Assembly: GCA_963823665.1 (NCBI GenBank)
Contig: CAWGMQ010000004.1
Location: 608,001 to 672,000, forward strand
Source of the DNA: an uncultured Planctomycetota bacterium
Lineage (GTDB): Bacteria > Planctomycetota > Planctomycetia > Isosphaerales > Isosphaeraceae
Reading direction: 5' to 3'
DNA: 64,000 bases
Shown here: one piece after another, positions 28,009 to 37,896 of the stretch
Layout: the number at the start of each line of letters is the position of its first letter
Numbering within the stretch: position 1 is the first letter of the stretch
The notes under the pieces: model-generated
Databases searched by the model: none
Told to the model about the DNA's origin: nothing
The model's input: the letters and a program-made list of their open reading frames with translations, nothing else
Made by a program: the position numbers and the translations under genes

Positions 28009-29874
28009 TTAGTTTCCTGCGCTCTTCTGATGCTCTCCGAGCAACGCCATGATCGCCCGATCAAGGGTGTCCACGCCCGGAAATCCGTCGTACCTGGCAC
28101 GGATTGCCCCCTTGGCATCGAGAAGGTAGAGCGTCGGCAGACCCGTAACGCCCCACCGGCCGGCGACCAAGCCATCGCCCTTGGCCCACCAGGAGCGCCA
28201 GGTGATCTGCTCGTCCTTCACCACTTGTTCGAGCCTGGATCTTTCCGCATCGACATCGAATCCGACCAGGGCAAATGGCTTCCCATCGAGGCGCTTCACA
28301 AGTGATTTCTCGTACGGATACATCGCCCGGCACAGGGCGCACGTCTCATGGCACCCGAAATTGAGCAGCACGACCCGGCCGCGATAATCGCTGAGCTTCA
28401 TTGGCTTTCCCATAACATCATCTCCGACGATCTCTGGTGCGATGCGGCCGATCGATGAGCCCCGCAGCTTGAGCAGAGCCGACTTCGCCTGTTGACCGAG
28501 CGGCGCGGCGGCCCAGGGACCGGCGACGTCGGCATAGTCGCGGACGACTTGCTCCAGCAGCCGTTCAGCGTCCTGGTTCAATGCGAGCGGATCGAGTCCC
28601 CGCAGTTGCTCGGCACGTTCTCGTCCCAGTCTAGCGACCCAGTACGCCAGGCTGCCGCGCGGGTCGAGCTTCAACCGCGAGACCTCCTCCGTCAGCCCGA
28701 TCTGGTACCGCGCGAGCGAATAGAACGCCATCCCGCGAGACGTCTTGTCCGGGTTGGAGCCCGCGATCCGACGGAGCAGCCGCTCGGCGTTCTTGTGGTA
28801 AGCCGCCTCGCGCGCGCCGGCCGGCAGCCGCGAGTAAATCGACATGAGCTCAACGGAGAGCCGAGGGAGAGCCTTGTCCGCGCCGTCATCCGCGAGCTGT
28901 TGTAAGAGCCGCTCAATTTCTCCCGCCCGGATGGATGGCTCCGTCGCCTCGAGATTCGCAGCACGTTCCGGCCCCCAATCCTCGACGAGCTCCCGCCGCG
29001 ACTCGGGCGAGGCTGTCTTGATCGTGGCCGACAGCCGCGCTGATTCCATCTGACGCAGGACCAGGGCCCAGCGCGCTTCGTCCGTTACTTCGCGATGACG
29101 GTTGGTCTCAAGGATGCGGCGCAGGATAGCATCTGCGGCCGGTAACCGGCTGATGCTCAGCAATGATAAGTAGGCACCTCCGATCTTCTTGTCACTGAAT
29201 ATCTTGGCGTCCCCGTCCAGCAGGCGCCGCAGCAGCCGGCCCGCGCTTTGGTCCAGGCTCACGGGATCCATGCTCAAGACTCGCTCGACTCGGGCCTGGC
29301 CGAGTGCCTTGATCCAGCGATCCCTCTGCTCCGGTTTGTATGCTCTGAGCCGCCTGGCCTCGCTCGACAGCCGGGTTTGGTAGAAGGCCATGCTCAAGCA
29401 CGCCTGCTCCCGGACCGCCGGGTGTGGGCTCTCTTCCAGAATTCGACGAAGCAGCGCCTCACCCGTCCCCTGAAGGGCCGACGCGATGAGGAGGGGGCAG
29501 AAGTCTCCGATTCTGTCGCTCTTGAGATAACGTTCTTCGAGCCGCTTGAGCGCGGCCTCTACTTCGGAACCACTCCGCACGTGCCGGAGAACCCAGTCAA
29601 GAGAGTCAATGGCGACCGCATCATCGGGATACAGATCGGCCATTCTCAGAAAGCGGGCCGCATACACACGCGGGTCCGGAGGCTTCACACTCGGCGAGAC
29701 AGGGCCTGCGCCCACTCTCTCCGCCCGTGGTCGCCCGAGCGATGCGCGGAGGGCCGACTCATACTCGCCTGCGAGTGACTTGTACTGCTGGGCCGGCGTT
29801 TCCCGTGAATCGGCATCCGCCCATGCGATCGGAACGAAGCCGAGGAATCCAAACATTACCACAGCACTCTTCAC
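28009..29874 (-). CDS. TlpA/redoxin-family protein with long helical N-terminal region
   Basis: IGRIAPEIVG, KLSDYRGRVVLL, CALC, WGVTGLPTLYLLD; signal peptide. Confidence 0.85.
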   Translation of the reverse strand: MKSAVVMFGFLGFVPIAWADADSRETPAQQYKSLAGEYESALRASLGRPRAERVGAGPVSPSVKPPDPRVYAARFLRMADLYPDDAVAIDSLDWVLRHVRSGSEVEAALKRLEERYLKSDRIGDFCPLLIASALQGTGEALLRRILEESPHPAVREQACLSMAFYQTRLSSEARRLRAYKPEQRDRWIKALGQARVERVLSMDPVSLDQSAGRLLRRLLDGDAKIFSDKKIGGAYLSLLSISRLPAADAILRRILETNRHREVTDEARWALVLRQMESARLSATIKTASPESRRELVEDWGPERAANLEATEPSIRAGEIERLLQQLADDGADKALPRLSVELMSIYSRLPAGAREAAYHKNAERLLRRIAGSNPDKTSRGMAFYSLARYQIGLTEEVSRLKLDPRGSLAYWVARLGRERAEQLRGLDPLALNQDAERLLEQVVRDYADVAGPWAAAPLGQQAKSALLKLRGSSIGRIAPEIVGDDVMGKPMKLSDYRGRVVLLNFGCHETCALCRAMYPYEKSLVKRLDGKPFALVGFDVDAERSRLEQVVKDEQITWRSWWAKGDGLVAGRWGVTGLPTLYLLDAKGAIRARYDGFPGVDTLDRAIMALLGEHQKSAGN

Positions 29875-30113
29875 TCCGAGCCTCCAGCCACCAGGATCAT
29901 GGGGTTGACTGAACCAGTCAGTGCCGACTCGAGCCGCGAGACTAAGGCCGACCAGGAGACTTCATCGTACAAGACAACGCAGACCCACGCCACGACGGCC
30001 CTTCTGCCACCGCGAGAAAGGCATCCTTCGCTCAATTGTCCGTCGAGCTGAGTGCTATCTTGTTGTATAATCCAGTCGGCGTCGCACCACGACGCGATGA
30101 GAGAGGATCCATC

Positions 30114-30872
30114 ATGCCCATTCACGACTGGTCGAAAGTTGATGCCGGCATCTTTCACCATTTCCACCACGGATGGATCGAGGAGATCGCTCGCGAATTG
30201 AACGGCGGCGTGCTGCCGGGCGATTATTACGCGATGGCCGAGCAGCACACTTCTCACTTCGGCCCGGACGTATTAACGCTCCAATCCAGGTCGGCGGGCG
30301 ACGCAGACGATGACGAAGAGCGCCTCGGCCGAAACGGTCCCGGCTCTAATGATGGCGGGGTGATCGTTTCCAGTCCGAAGGCACGCTTCGCCGGCGAGAC
30401 CGACCTCGAATTCTACCGTCGTAAGCAGAATGTCGTTGCGGTACGCCACATCAGCGGAGATCGACTCGTCGCGATCGTCGAGATCGTCTCGCCCGGCAAC
30501 AAGTCGAGCCAAGCCGTGTTCCGTAAGTTCGTCGACAAGGCGGTGGAGTTGCTCAGCCAGGACATTCATCTGCTCGTTCTCGATTTGATTGCACCGACTC
30601 GCCGGGATCCCCACGGGATTCACGGCGCGATCTGGGAAGCCCTGACCGGTGAGGATTACCAGTCGCCCCCCGAGAAGCCGCTTACACTCGCCGCGTACGA
30701 GGCCGAGGAGGGCGTGCGAGCATTCGTCGAGGCAATGGCCATCGGCGACACCTTGCCGGAGATGCCGCTTTTCCTCAAAGCAGGCGGACACGTCCCCGTC
30801 GCCCTCGAATCGACGTACCAATCTGCCTGGGGCGCGGTGCCGCGGCGCTGGCGATCGGTCATCGAGAGCTAG
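30114..30872 (+). CDS. DUF4058-family protein
   Basis: MPIHDW..VDAGIFHHFH..W, PDV, VEIVSPGNK, LPEMPLFL. Confidence 0.85.
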   Translation: MPIHDWSKVDAGIFHHFHHGWIEEIARELNGGVLPGDYYAMAEQHTSHFGPDVLTLQSRSAGDADDDEERLGRNGPGSNDGGVIVSSPKARFAGETDLEFYRRKQNVVAVRHISGDRLVAIVEIVSPGNKSSQAVFRKFVDKAVELLSQDIHLLVLDLIAPTRRDPHGIHGAIWEALTGEDYQSPPEKPLTLAAYEAEEGVRAFVEAMAIGDTLPEMPLFLKAGGHVPVALESTYQSAWGAVPRRWRSVIES

Positions 30873-31016
30873 GGCTTTGTCGCCCTTCGCACCGCGCACG
30901 ACACGTACGAGCGCACACTTGACTGGCCCTGGGAGGCCGGCCACGCTATGTGACATGGGCCCGCGTGCGCTTAGCTCTTGCAGGCAATCGGCCACTTTGA
31001 AACGTGGAGCATTTCC

Positions 31017-31559
31017 GTGGCGGAAAGCACCAATCGCAGGGCACTCGTTTGCGGCGCGGTCATTCTGGCCTTGCTGCTGGCCGCGCTGGCGTTCTGGCAA
31101 TTTGTTCCTCCCCAGGCAAAACACCACCAGAACAAGGCTCTCGCCGCGGCGTGCGTTGCCGGCGACATCCAGGCTGTCCGAGATGCACTGGCCAAAGGGG
31201 CTGACCCGACTTCAAAAGACGAAACCGGCCTCACGCCGCTCATGTATGCCGCGCGCGGAGACCGCCCGAATATGAGTCATCCCTTCGCCACGGATCATCC
31301 CGATGTCGCGCAGCTTCTCCTGGAGAACCGTGTCGACCCGAACGCGGCCACCGATTCCGGTTTCGTCGCGCTCTTCTGGGCCGCGCGGTACGGCCACGAG
31401 AAAGTGGTGAAAGTACTCATAGACCACGGTGCCAACCTGAACGCCAAGGACAAGGACGGCCTGACGGCACTGAAGTGGGCGACCACGAACCAGTCGGCAT
31501 CGCCGGAGGTCTACCAGCGCGTGATCGAGCTGCTCAAAAAAGCCGGCGCCTCGGAATAG
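31017..31559 (+). CDS. Membrane-anchored ankyrin repeat protein
   Basis: GLTPLMYAA, ALFWAARYGH, GLTALKWA; N-terminal TM helix. Confidence 0.9.
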   Translation: MAESTNRRALVCGAVILALLLAALAFWQFVPPQAKHHQNKALAAACVAGDIQAVRDALAKGADPTSKDETGLTPLMYAARGDRPNMSHPFATDHPDVAQLLLENRVDPNAATDSGFVALFWAARYGHEKVVKVLIDHGANLNAKDKDGLTALKWATTNQSASPEVYQRVIELLKKAGASE

Positions 31560-31696
31560 ACCGACGCCTGGCTGGAGTGAACCATCCTCGTCGCGGCCGT
31601 GTCCATGAGGATCGGACGAGCCCCGGCGCGTCGAGTCGCCCGGTATTTTATTTCATTCGCCGGTGCAGGCTCGATCTGTGAAAAGGCCTGACGAGT

Positions 31697-33019
31697 ATGG
31701 ACCTTACCCGTGCCCTCGAACAGAATCCGTTCTTCTCCGGCGGCCTGTCGCTCATGGCGATCGGCGCGCTCGGGGCGATTCTGCGCCACCTGCCAGGCCA
31801 GGTCCTGCGCTTTCTCGAGCGGCGGATCTCGATCTCCGTCGAAGTGCCTGATCGAGATCCAGCCTTCCGCTGGGTGCAGACCTGGCTGGCTGCCGGGCAC
31901 TACGCAAAGCGCGCCCGCGATCTCTCCCTGTCGACCGAATGGATCAGCTCAGAGCCGGATCCCGAAATCAGCCCCTACGGCGACCAGCCAACCGGGCCCG
32001 CCTCGGAAGCTCGGTTCGTCCTTTCACCGGCACCCGGTGTTCACCTCACGACCTTTCGAGGCCGGATTCTCATGGTGCGCCGCAACCGCCGTGAGCTCCA
32101 GAACGGAGGATCGACTGCATTTCAGGAATCCCTGATTCTGCAGATCTTGGGTGGCACGCGCAAGCTCGTCGACGACTTGCTCGCCGAGGCCCATGCAACC
32201 TCATTCCCCCGCACTCCCGGCGTGAGCATCTTGACCCCGCGCAATGAGATGTGGGTTCCCGCCTCGTGGCAGCCCAAGCGTCCGCTCGCCTCATTGATAC
32301 TCGCCGACACGCTCCTGGACGACACGCTCGAAGACTTGCGCGACTTCTATCGCTCGAGCGCCTGGTACGCCGAGCGCGGAATTCCTTACAGGCGGGGCTA
32401 TCTGCTTCATGGCCCTCCGGGGACGGGCAAAACTACGCTCGTCCTGGCACTCGCGGGCGAACTCGACGTTCCGGTGGCCACGCTCAACCTCAGCAACCGG
32501 CTCATGTCCGACGAGTCGCTTCGAGCGCTGATCGACGGACTGCCGGCCGCGGCTTTGCTCCTCATCGAGGATATCGACTGCGCGTTCAAGGATTGGAGAA
32601 ACACGGCGGCCGCGACCGGAGTCACACTGAGCGGCCTGCTCAACGCCTTGGACGGTGTCAGCTCGCGCAACGGCCGAGTGCTGTTCCTCACCACGAATCA
32701 CGCTGAGCGTCTCGATCCGGCTCTCCTCCGCCCGGGCCGGGTGGATCGCAAAATCGAGCTGGGCTACGCGACCCCCGACCAGGCCCGCCGGCTGTACCTC
32801 TGGTTCTTCCGCGGCTGCGGGCTTGGTCAGCCTGATCTGCTCCGCGAGGCCGCCCGGTTCGCCGCCCAGGTCCCGCCGGGAAAGATCGGCATGGCCGCCA
32901 TCCAGGAACACCTCCTCCGGCATCGGCATTCGCCCGAGTCGGCAGCACATGAAGTCGAGTTCGGCGAGATCGCAATGGACGCGCCGGCGCTGGCGCTCGC
33001 CTGCGGTGAGACACGCTGA
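31697..33019 (+). CDS. BCS1-like AAA ATPase
   Basis: N-terminal TM, BCS1_N-like PAPGVH; WYAERGIPYRRGYLLHGPPGTGKT, IEDID, LSGLLNALDG, TTNH..RLDPALLRPGR. Confidence 0.88.
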   Translation: MDLTRALEQNPFFSGGLSLMAIGALGAILRHLPGQVLRFLERRISISVEVPDRDPAFRWVQTWLAAGHYAKRARDLSLSTEWISSEPDPEISPYGDQPTGPASEARFVLSPAPGVHLTTFRGRILMVRRNRRELQNGGSTAFQESLILQILGGTRKLVDDLLAEAHATSFPRTPGVSILTPRNEMWVPASWQPKRPLASLILADTLLDDTLEDLRDFYRSSAWYAERGIPYRRGYLLHGPPGTGKTTLVLALAGELDVPVATLNLSNRLMSDESLRALIDGLPAAALLLIEDIDCAFKDWRNTAAATGVTLSGLLNALDGVSSRNGRVLFLTTNHAERLDPALLRPGRVDRKIELGYATPDQARRLYLWFFRGCGLGQPDLLREAARFAAQVPPGKIGMAAIQEHLLRHRHSPESAAHEVEFGEIAMDAPALALACGETR

Positions 33020-33205
33020 CGACTGGACAAAGACGAACGGGCAATATCTCGGCATCGCCCCAGAGGCGCTCGATCAGCGCCACCCAGGGCGCCACTTCGT
33101 GTGCGGTCGGCACCACGTTGCTGGCCGGCGTGATCACAGACGCCAAACCGCCTGCAACGGGCATGCTCATCGTGGGACCTCAGTTGAATGAGAGCAACGG
33201 CTTTG

Positions 33206-33435
33206 AACCACGAAATACACGAAACACACGAAACAACACGGGAGGGGAGCGAGTGCAGGGCCCGTGACGGGATTTGTCGTGAACGCTGCCGGTGTCACGG
33301 CACAGTGGGCGCGTCTTATGACACCCGAAGCGAGGATCTAGCGCCGACAAGGAAGCCGACCTGCACTCCCGACACCTGCAACCTGCCCTAGCCCCGACGT
33401 ACATTTCACTTTCGTGTGTTCCGTCCATTTCGTGG
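33206..33435. repeat. Inverted pair of CACGAAA-type repeats
   Basis: AACCACGAAATACACGAAACACACGAAA (33206-33233) and TTTCGTGTGTTCCGTCCATTTCGTGG (33410-33435). Confidence 0.6.
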
Positions 33436-33437
33436 AC

Positions 33438-33692
33438 CATCATGCGGCGGCGCAAGGGTGTCATGTGCGGCTCCTTTGCGAGTGAACGGGATTGAGTGAG
33501 AGACAACCCGTTCACGATGCCGCAACGGAGCAGAGAAGGGGCACAGTAAAACCAGCGTGCGGAGAAGGAAGCCGCGCGCTGCGAGGCGGATGACAGCAGC
33601 GCAGGGAGAGAACAGTTGAGGAGAGTTGCGGATGTGTAGCGCAGTCGAGCGGAAGCTCGTTCTTGCCCACCGCGGAGCGGTTTAGTTCAAAC
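33438..33692 (-). pseudogene. Remnant 5' end of an IS91-type-associated integrase gene with upstream leader
   Basis: AAGGAG RBS then MTPLRRRMM, a typical start of such integrases, cut off by the repeat. Confidence 0.45.
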
Positions 33693-33704
33693 GACGGCTT
33701 CCGC

Positions 33705-33734
33705 CAATACTAATCGCGTCCCGGTTTCCGTCCC
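33705..33734. repeat. Solo end sequence of the RAYT element
   Basis: CAATACTAATCGCGTCCCGGTTTCCGTCCC identical to 47194-47223. Confidence 0.8.
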
Positions 33735-34043
33735 GCGTCCCAGTCTCCGTCCCCGCCGGGGGGTGGGCTCGTCGACAGACAACAAGACAGTTTCGGCCTC
33801 ATGTTCGAGGATTGTGACGCCCCAACTGGATTCACCGACGCAGAACCTGCGGGCGAGATGGTTTCGGGAACGGGCAAAGTGCAAGCTGCGAATTAGAGAT
33901 GAGGTTTTCCACGTAGAAGGAGAATTGATATCGTGGTCGCGTTACGCCCTTGCGGTGCTGCGACGACGCCAATCCTGAGTTTTTTCGCGAGAGCCGCGCT
34001 CTCGCCCCAACGACACGGCGTCTCTACTAGGTGAGGAGACGGT

Positions 34044-34625
34044 ATGGGAGCAAGCCTGGATTGGAAGGACTCGTTCCTTTGGAAGTACAGGGATTATCTG
34101 CGCCGGATCGCGCGGCGGCGGCTTGGGTCGCGGCTGCGCGGCAAAGTTGACGAATCGGACCTTGTCCAGGAGGCGATTCTTCAGGCTTATCTGAATCGAA
34201 ATCAGTTTCGAGGGACGTCCGAGGCCCAGCGGAGGGGATGGCTCCGCACGATTCTCGAGAACAAGATCATCAGCGCCCTCCGGCGGTTCTCCCGTTGGCG
34301 GCGAGACTCGGGACGGGAGATCTCGCTGGAATCGCGTTCTTGCGAGCTCGCAGAGCGCGGGTTCGCCGGTGACGCTACGACTGCGAGCGCTAGCCCGCAG
34401 GTTGAGCATGACGAGGAACTGAAGAGATTGGCGGAGGCGCTCGCGGCATTGCCGGATGACCAGCGGCGGGCTGTCGAGATGCATCATCTCGAGGAGCTTT
34501 CATTCGCAGAGATCGCCGCACGGCTTGGAAGAAGCAGGACGTCCGTCGCCGGGCTCGTGTTTCGCGGCGTAAGTGCGCTCAGGTTGCGGCTTGTCGATTC
34601 CGACACAGGGGACCGCGATGAGTAA
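34044..34625 (+). CDS. ECF sigma factor, planctomycete type
   Basis: YRDYLRRIA...RLRGKVDESDLVQE, QFRG, LPDDQRRAV...EIAARLGRS. Confidence 0.92.
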   Translation: MGASLDWKDSFLWKYRDYLRRIARRRLGSRLRGKVDESDLVQEAILQAYLNRNQFRGTSEAQRRGWLRTILENKIISALRRFSRWRRDSGREISLESRSCELAERGFAGDATTASASPQVEHDEELKRLAEALAALPDDQRRAVEMHHLEELSFAEIAARLGRSRTSVAGLVFRGVSALRLRLVDSDTGDRDE

Positions 34626-37600
34626 CACCGACCAGCAGACGGTTGAGCGCGAGGACTTGCTGTGCGACCGACTGATCGAGTTCCTCGAGGCGGACAAGGT
34701 GGCGAGAGGGTTGCTTCGCGCGCCGATTGAGGCTGAGTTCCCCGAAATTGGCGGGGAGCTGCGGCAATTCTTAGAAAATGAGGACATCCTCCAGCGAATC
34801 GCAGGGCGACTCCGCTCGTCGTCGCAGTTCTCTTTCAGCGTGAGCCGGGGCGAAGATGGACTCGATCACACGGAGTCCCCGGCGCTCCCAAAGCTGGCAG
34901 ATTATGAGCTCGTCCGCGAGATCGCTCAGGGCGGAATGAGCGTTGTTTACGAGGCAAGGCACAAGATCCTCGGCCGCGCAGTAGCGCTCAAGACCATCCG
35001 TTCTGAGACAAGAGCGACCGACGAGGTTATCCAGAGGTTCCACGAAGAAGCGCGGCGGGTCGCGCAGCTCGATCACCCTAACATCGTTCCCCTATACGAG
35101 GCGGGACTCGAGGACGGACATCACTACTTCACCATGCGGCTGATGGAGGGCGGCAGCCTGGCTGACCGGATGGCGAGAGGATCACTCACGGTGCGACAGG
35201 CCGCGGAAGTGGTGTCCAGGATCGCCCGTGCGCTTCACTTCGCCCACCAGCGCGGAATTCTGCATCGCGATATCAAGCCGGCGAATGTGCTGTTCGACAA
35301 AGACGGGCGTCCCCACCTTGGGGACTTCGGACTCGCGAGCCAGCTTGAGGCTGGCGGCGCTGTGTCGCGGCTTGATTGCGTCCGCGGCACTCCCATGTAC
35401 ATGGCACCCGAGGTGGTTAGCCCGCTCGGTGCGATCACGACCGCTGTGGACGTCTACGGGATGGGCGCCGTCTTGTACGAGTTAATCACTGGGCGTCCGC
35501 CGCTCCGCGCCAGCAGCCTCCTCGAGGCGCTCGCAAGCCTTGCACAATGCGATCCGGAACGTCCTTCGCTGCTGATCACCGGCATGGACTTGGACCTGGA
35601 GGCGATCTGTCTTAAATGCCTCGATAAGGAGCCGGGCCGGCGCTATGGGTCGGCCGAGGCTCTGGCCGACGATCTGGATCGGTGGCTCCGCGGTGAGCCG
35701 GTCGAGGCCCGTCACTGCCACACGTTTCGCCGCATTGCAAAATGGGCGCGCCGGTCTCCCGTAGTCGCTGGACTGATGGTCCTCTGCGTGACAGCGACGG
35801 TGATTTGCATTGCGGCCCTGACCGCCAGCAACGTTTCGATCAACCGTCAGAAAGGAGAGACGACCAGAGCGCTCAAGGCCGAGACGAAGGCGCTGGGTAC
35901 GGTTCGAGAGCTCCTGGAACAAGAGCGACGCCTCTTGTATCTGCAGGGGATCGCTCTGGCCGATCGGGAGTTGCAAAGCGGCTCCCCCGAGCGGGCCGAG
36001 AAGCTTCTGTGCGAATGCTCACCGGAGCTGCGTGGACTCGAATGGAACTATCTCGCACGCTTGTGCCACGCGGAACGGCATTCGCTCAGTTCGCCGGCCG
36101 ATCCGTCTTGCATCGCCGTCGGTCCGCGGGACGCGCGCGTTTTCGTCGGCGGCGGGCTGCTGGGGGGACCGGGAGCGGTCGCGGTTTACGACAGAGCGTC
36201 ACAAGCACATCTAGGTATATTACGATGCGATAGCGCCGTTGACGCCTTGGCACTCAGCCCGGACGGGCGGCATCTGGCGACGGCTTCCCGCGGGAACCCC
36301 GTTTGGGTTTGCGATGCCGCCAACGGTAGAGTGGTACACGCGTTTGACCGTCACGACGGGGACGTCTGGTCCGTGGCATTTAGCCCGGACGGGAAGCGCT
36401 TGGCATCAGGCGGCTCAGACGGAAGGGTCTTCATTTGGGAAGTGGCGAGCGGCCGTAAACTGAATGTACTCCGAGAGCCGGACACCGCATTCTGGGGGGT
36501 CGCGTTCAGCCCGGACGGCCGGCGGCTTGCGACAGCATCGTCTGGCCAGACGGTTGGCATCTGGGACGTGGAGTCGGGGCGCCGCCTGCGGACTATCGAG
36601 GGGCATCGGGGACTCGTCCGCAGCGTGGCGTGGAGTCTAGACGGCCGGCGCTTGGTTTCGGCGGCGTACGACGGCACCGCCCGGGTTTGGGACTCGGACA
36701 CGGGGTCCGCGGTCGCGACACTCACCGGGCACACCGGCTTCGTGACTCGGGCTGTCTTCAGCCCCGACGGCCGACGCATCGTCACCGCAGGCACCGATGG
36801 CACAGTTCTGCTTTGGGACGCCGCGACCTGGGAAAGGGTTCTCTCGCTGCGCGGACATTCCGGGAGCGTGTGGGACGTCGTGTTTACCCGCGATGGTCGG
36901 CAAGTCATCTCCGTCGGTGCGGACCGGACGGTCAAGTTTTGGCCGGGCACCCCGCACGGGATGTCCCGCGGGCTCGATCGGACGGACCAACGCATCCGGC
37001 GAAGCGAGCTGAGTGCAGACGGCCGGAAGCTGGTTGTCCTTCGGGACGACGGCGCGCTCGAAGTCTGGAGCACGGAGGGGGACCGCCGCCTGTGCAGGCT
37101 TGCGGGTTCCTATGATGTCAGAGGGACCCGGTTCGCGTTGAGCGGAGACGGCAACTACCTCGCTCTGAGAGCCGATTGGCAGACCGTGACCGTGACCAGA
37201 ACGGACGACGGGGCGGTCGTGCAAGCCATTCGCTCGCCGAGCTTGGACGAAACGATGCCGGCCTTGAGCCTTGACGGAGGCGAAGTGGCGCTCGGCCAGA
37301 AGGACCGATGCATCACCGTCTGGGACGTTCGTCAGGCGCACTGCTTGGAGCGGTTGTCGCTGCCTGAGGGGAAACTTGAGAAGCTCGTCTTCAGTCCGTG
37401 GCCGGACGTCTTGGCCGCTGTGATCAGACGGGATCGCGCTAGCCATATATTCCTGTGGCAGCGTGGCTCGGAGCGTGGCCCCGTCAAAATCGCGAGCGGC
37501 AGCCTGCTCGCGTTTTCGCCCGGTGGTGATCTGCTCGCCGTCTTCGGCGACACGGGCGCCGTGTCTCTGTGGAACCCGGCGACCGGTCGGCGTGAGGCTG

Positions 37601-37896
37601 AGCTCGACGGAATGTCAGGTCGGGTGTGCGCTGTCGGCTTTGCCGGTCCTGCGCGATTGCTGACCGGTGACGATCGCGGGATGGTCACGATCTGGGACAC
37701 ACTGACTCGCCGGGAAATTCTGTCCTTGCGCGACGTCTCCTGGCCCGTGGAATACCTCTCCGTGACGGATGGACGCACGGTGCGGGCGGCCTCTGCGGAT
37801 GGGTCGGTGAGGCGCTGGGAGGTCGGGTCAATCTCGATGAGCTCCGAAGGCGGCGATGATTTTCTCTCAACACTTGCACGGGAGCGTCAGCGATGA
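34618..37896 (+). CDS. Ser/Thr kinase with TM helix and WD40 repeats
   Basis: GGMSVVY, HRDIKPAN, DFG, GTPMYMAPE, WARR-TM, many FSPDG..LAS..D...WD repeats. Confidence 0.95.
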   Translation: MSNTDQQTVEREDLLCDRLIEFLEADKVARGLLRAPIEAEFPEIGGELRQFLENEDILQRIAGRLRSSSQFSFSVSRGEDGLDHTESPALPKLADYELVREIAQGGMSVVYEARHKILGRAVALKTIRSETRATDEVIQRFHEEARRVAQLDHPNIVPLYEAGLEDGHHYFTMRLMEGGSLADRMARGSLTVRQAAEVVSRIARALHFAHQRGILHRDIKPANVLFDKDGRPHLGDFGLASQLEAGGAVSRLDCVRGTPMYMAPEVVSPLGAITTAVDVYGMGAVLYELITGRPPLRASSLLEALASLAQCDPERPSLLITGMDLDLEAICLKCLDKEPGRRYGSAEALADDLDRWLRGEPVEARHCHTFRRIAKWARRSPVVAGLMVLCVTATVICIAALTASNVSINRQKGETTRALKAETKALGTVRELLEQERRLLYLQGIALADRELQSGSPERAEKLLCECSPELRGLEWNYLARLCHAERHSLSSPADPSCIAVGPRDARVFVGGGLLGGPGAVAVYDRASQAHLGILRCDSAVDALALSPDGRHLATASRGNPVWVCDAANGRVVHAFDRHDGDVWSVAFSPDGKRLASGGSDGRVFIWEVASGRKLNVLREPDTAFWGVAFSPDGRRLATASSGQTVGIWDVESGRRLRTIEGHRGLVRSVAWSLDGRRLVSAAYDGTARVWDSDTGSAVATLTGHTGFVTRAVFSPDGRRIVTAGTDGTVLLWDAATWERVLSLRGHSGSVWDVVFTRDGRQVISVGADRTVKFWPGTPHGMSRGLDRTDQRIRRSELSADGRKLVVLRDDGALEVWSTEGDRRLCRLAGSYDVRGTRFALSGDGNYLALRADWQTVTVTRTDDGAVVQAIRSPSLDETMPALSLDGGEVALGQKDRCITVWDVRQAHCLERLSLPEGKLEKLVFSPWPDVLAAVIRRDRASHIFLWQRGSERGPVKIASGSLLAFSPGGDLLAVFGDTGAVSLWNPATGRREAELDGMSGRVCAVGFAGPARLLTGDDRGMVTIWDTLTRREILSLRDVSWPVEYLSVTDGRTVRAASADGSVRRWEVGSISMSSEGGDDFLSTLARERQR

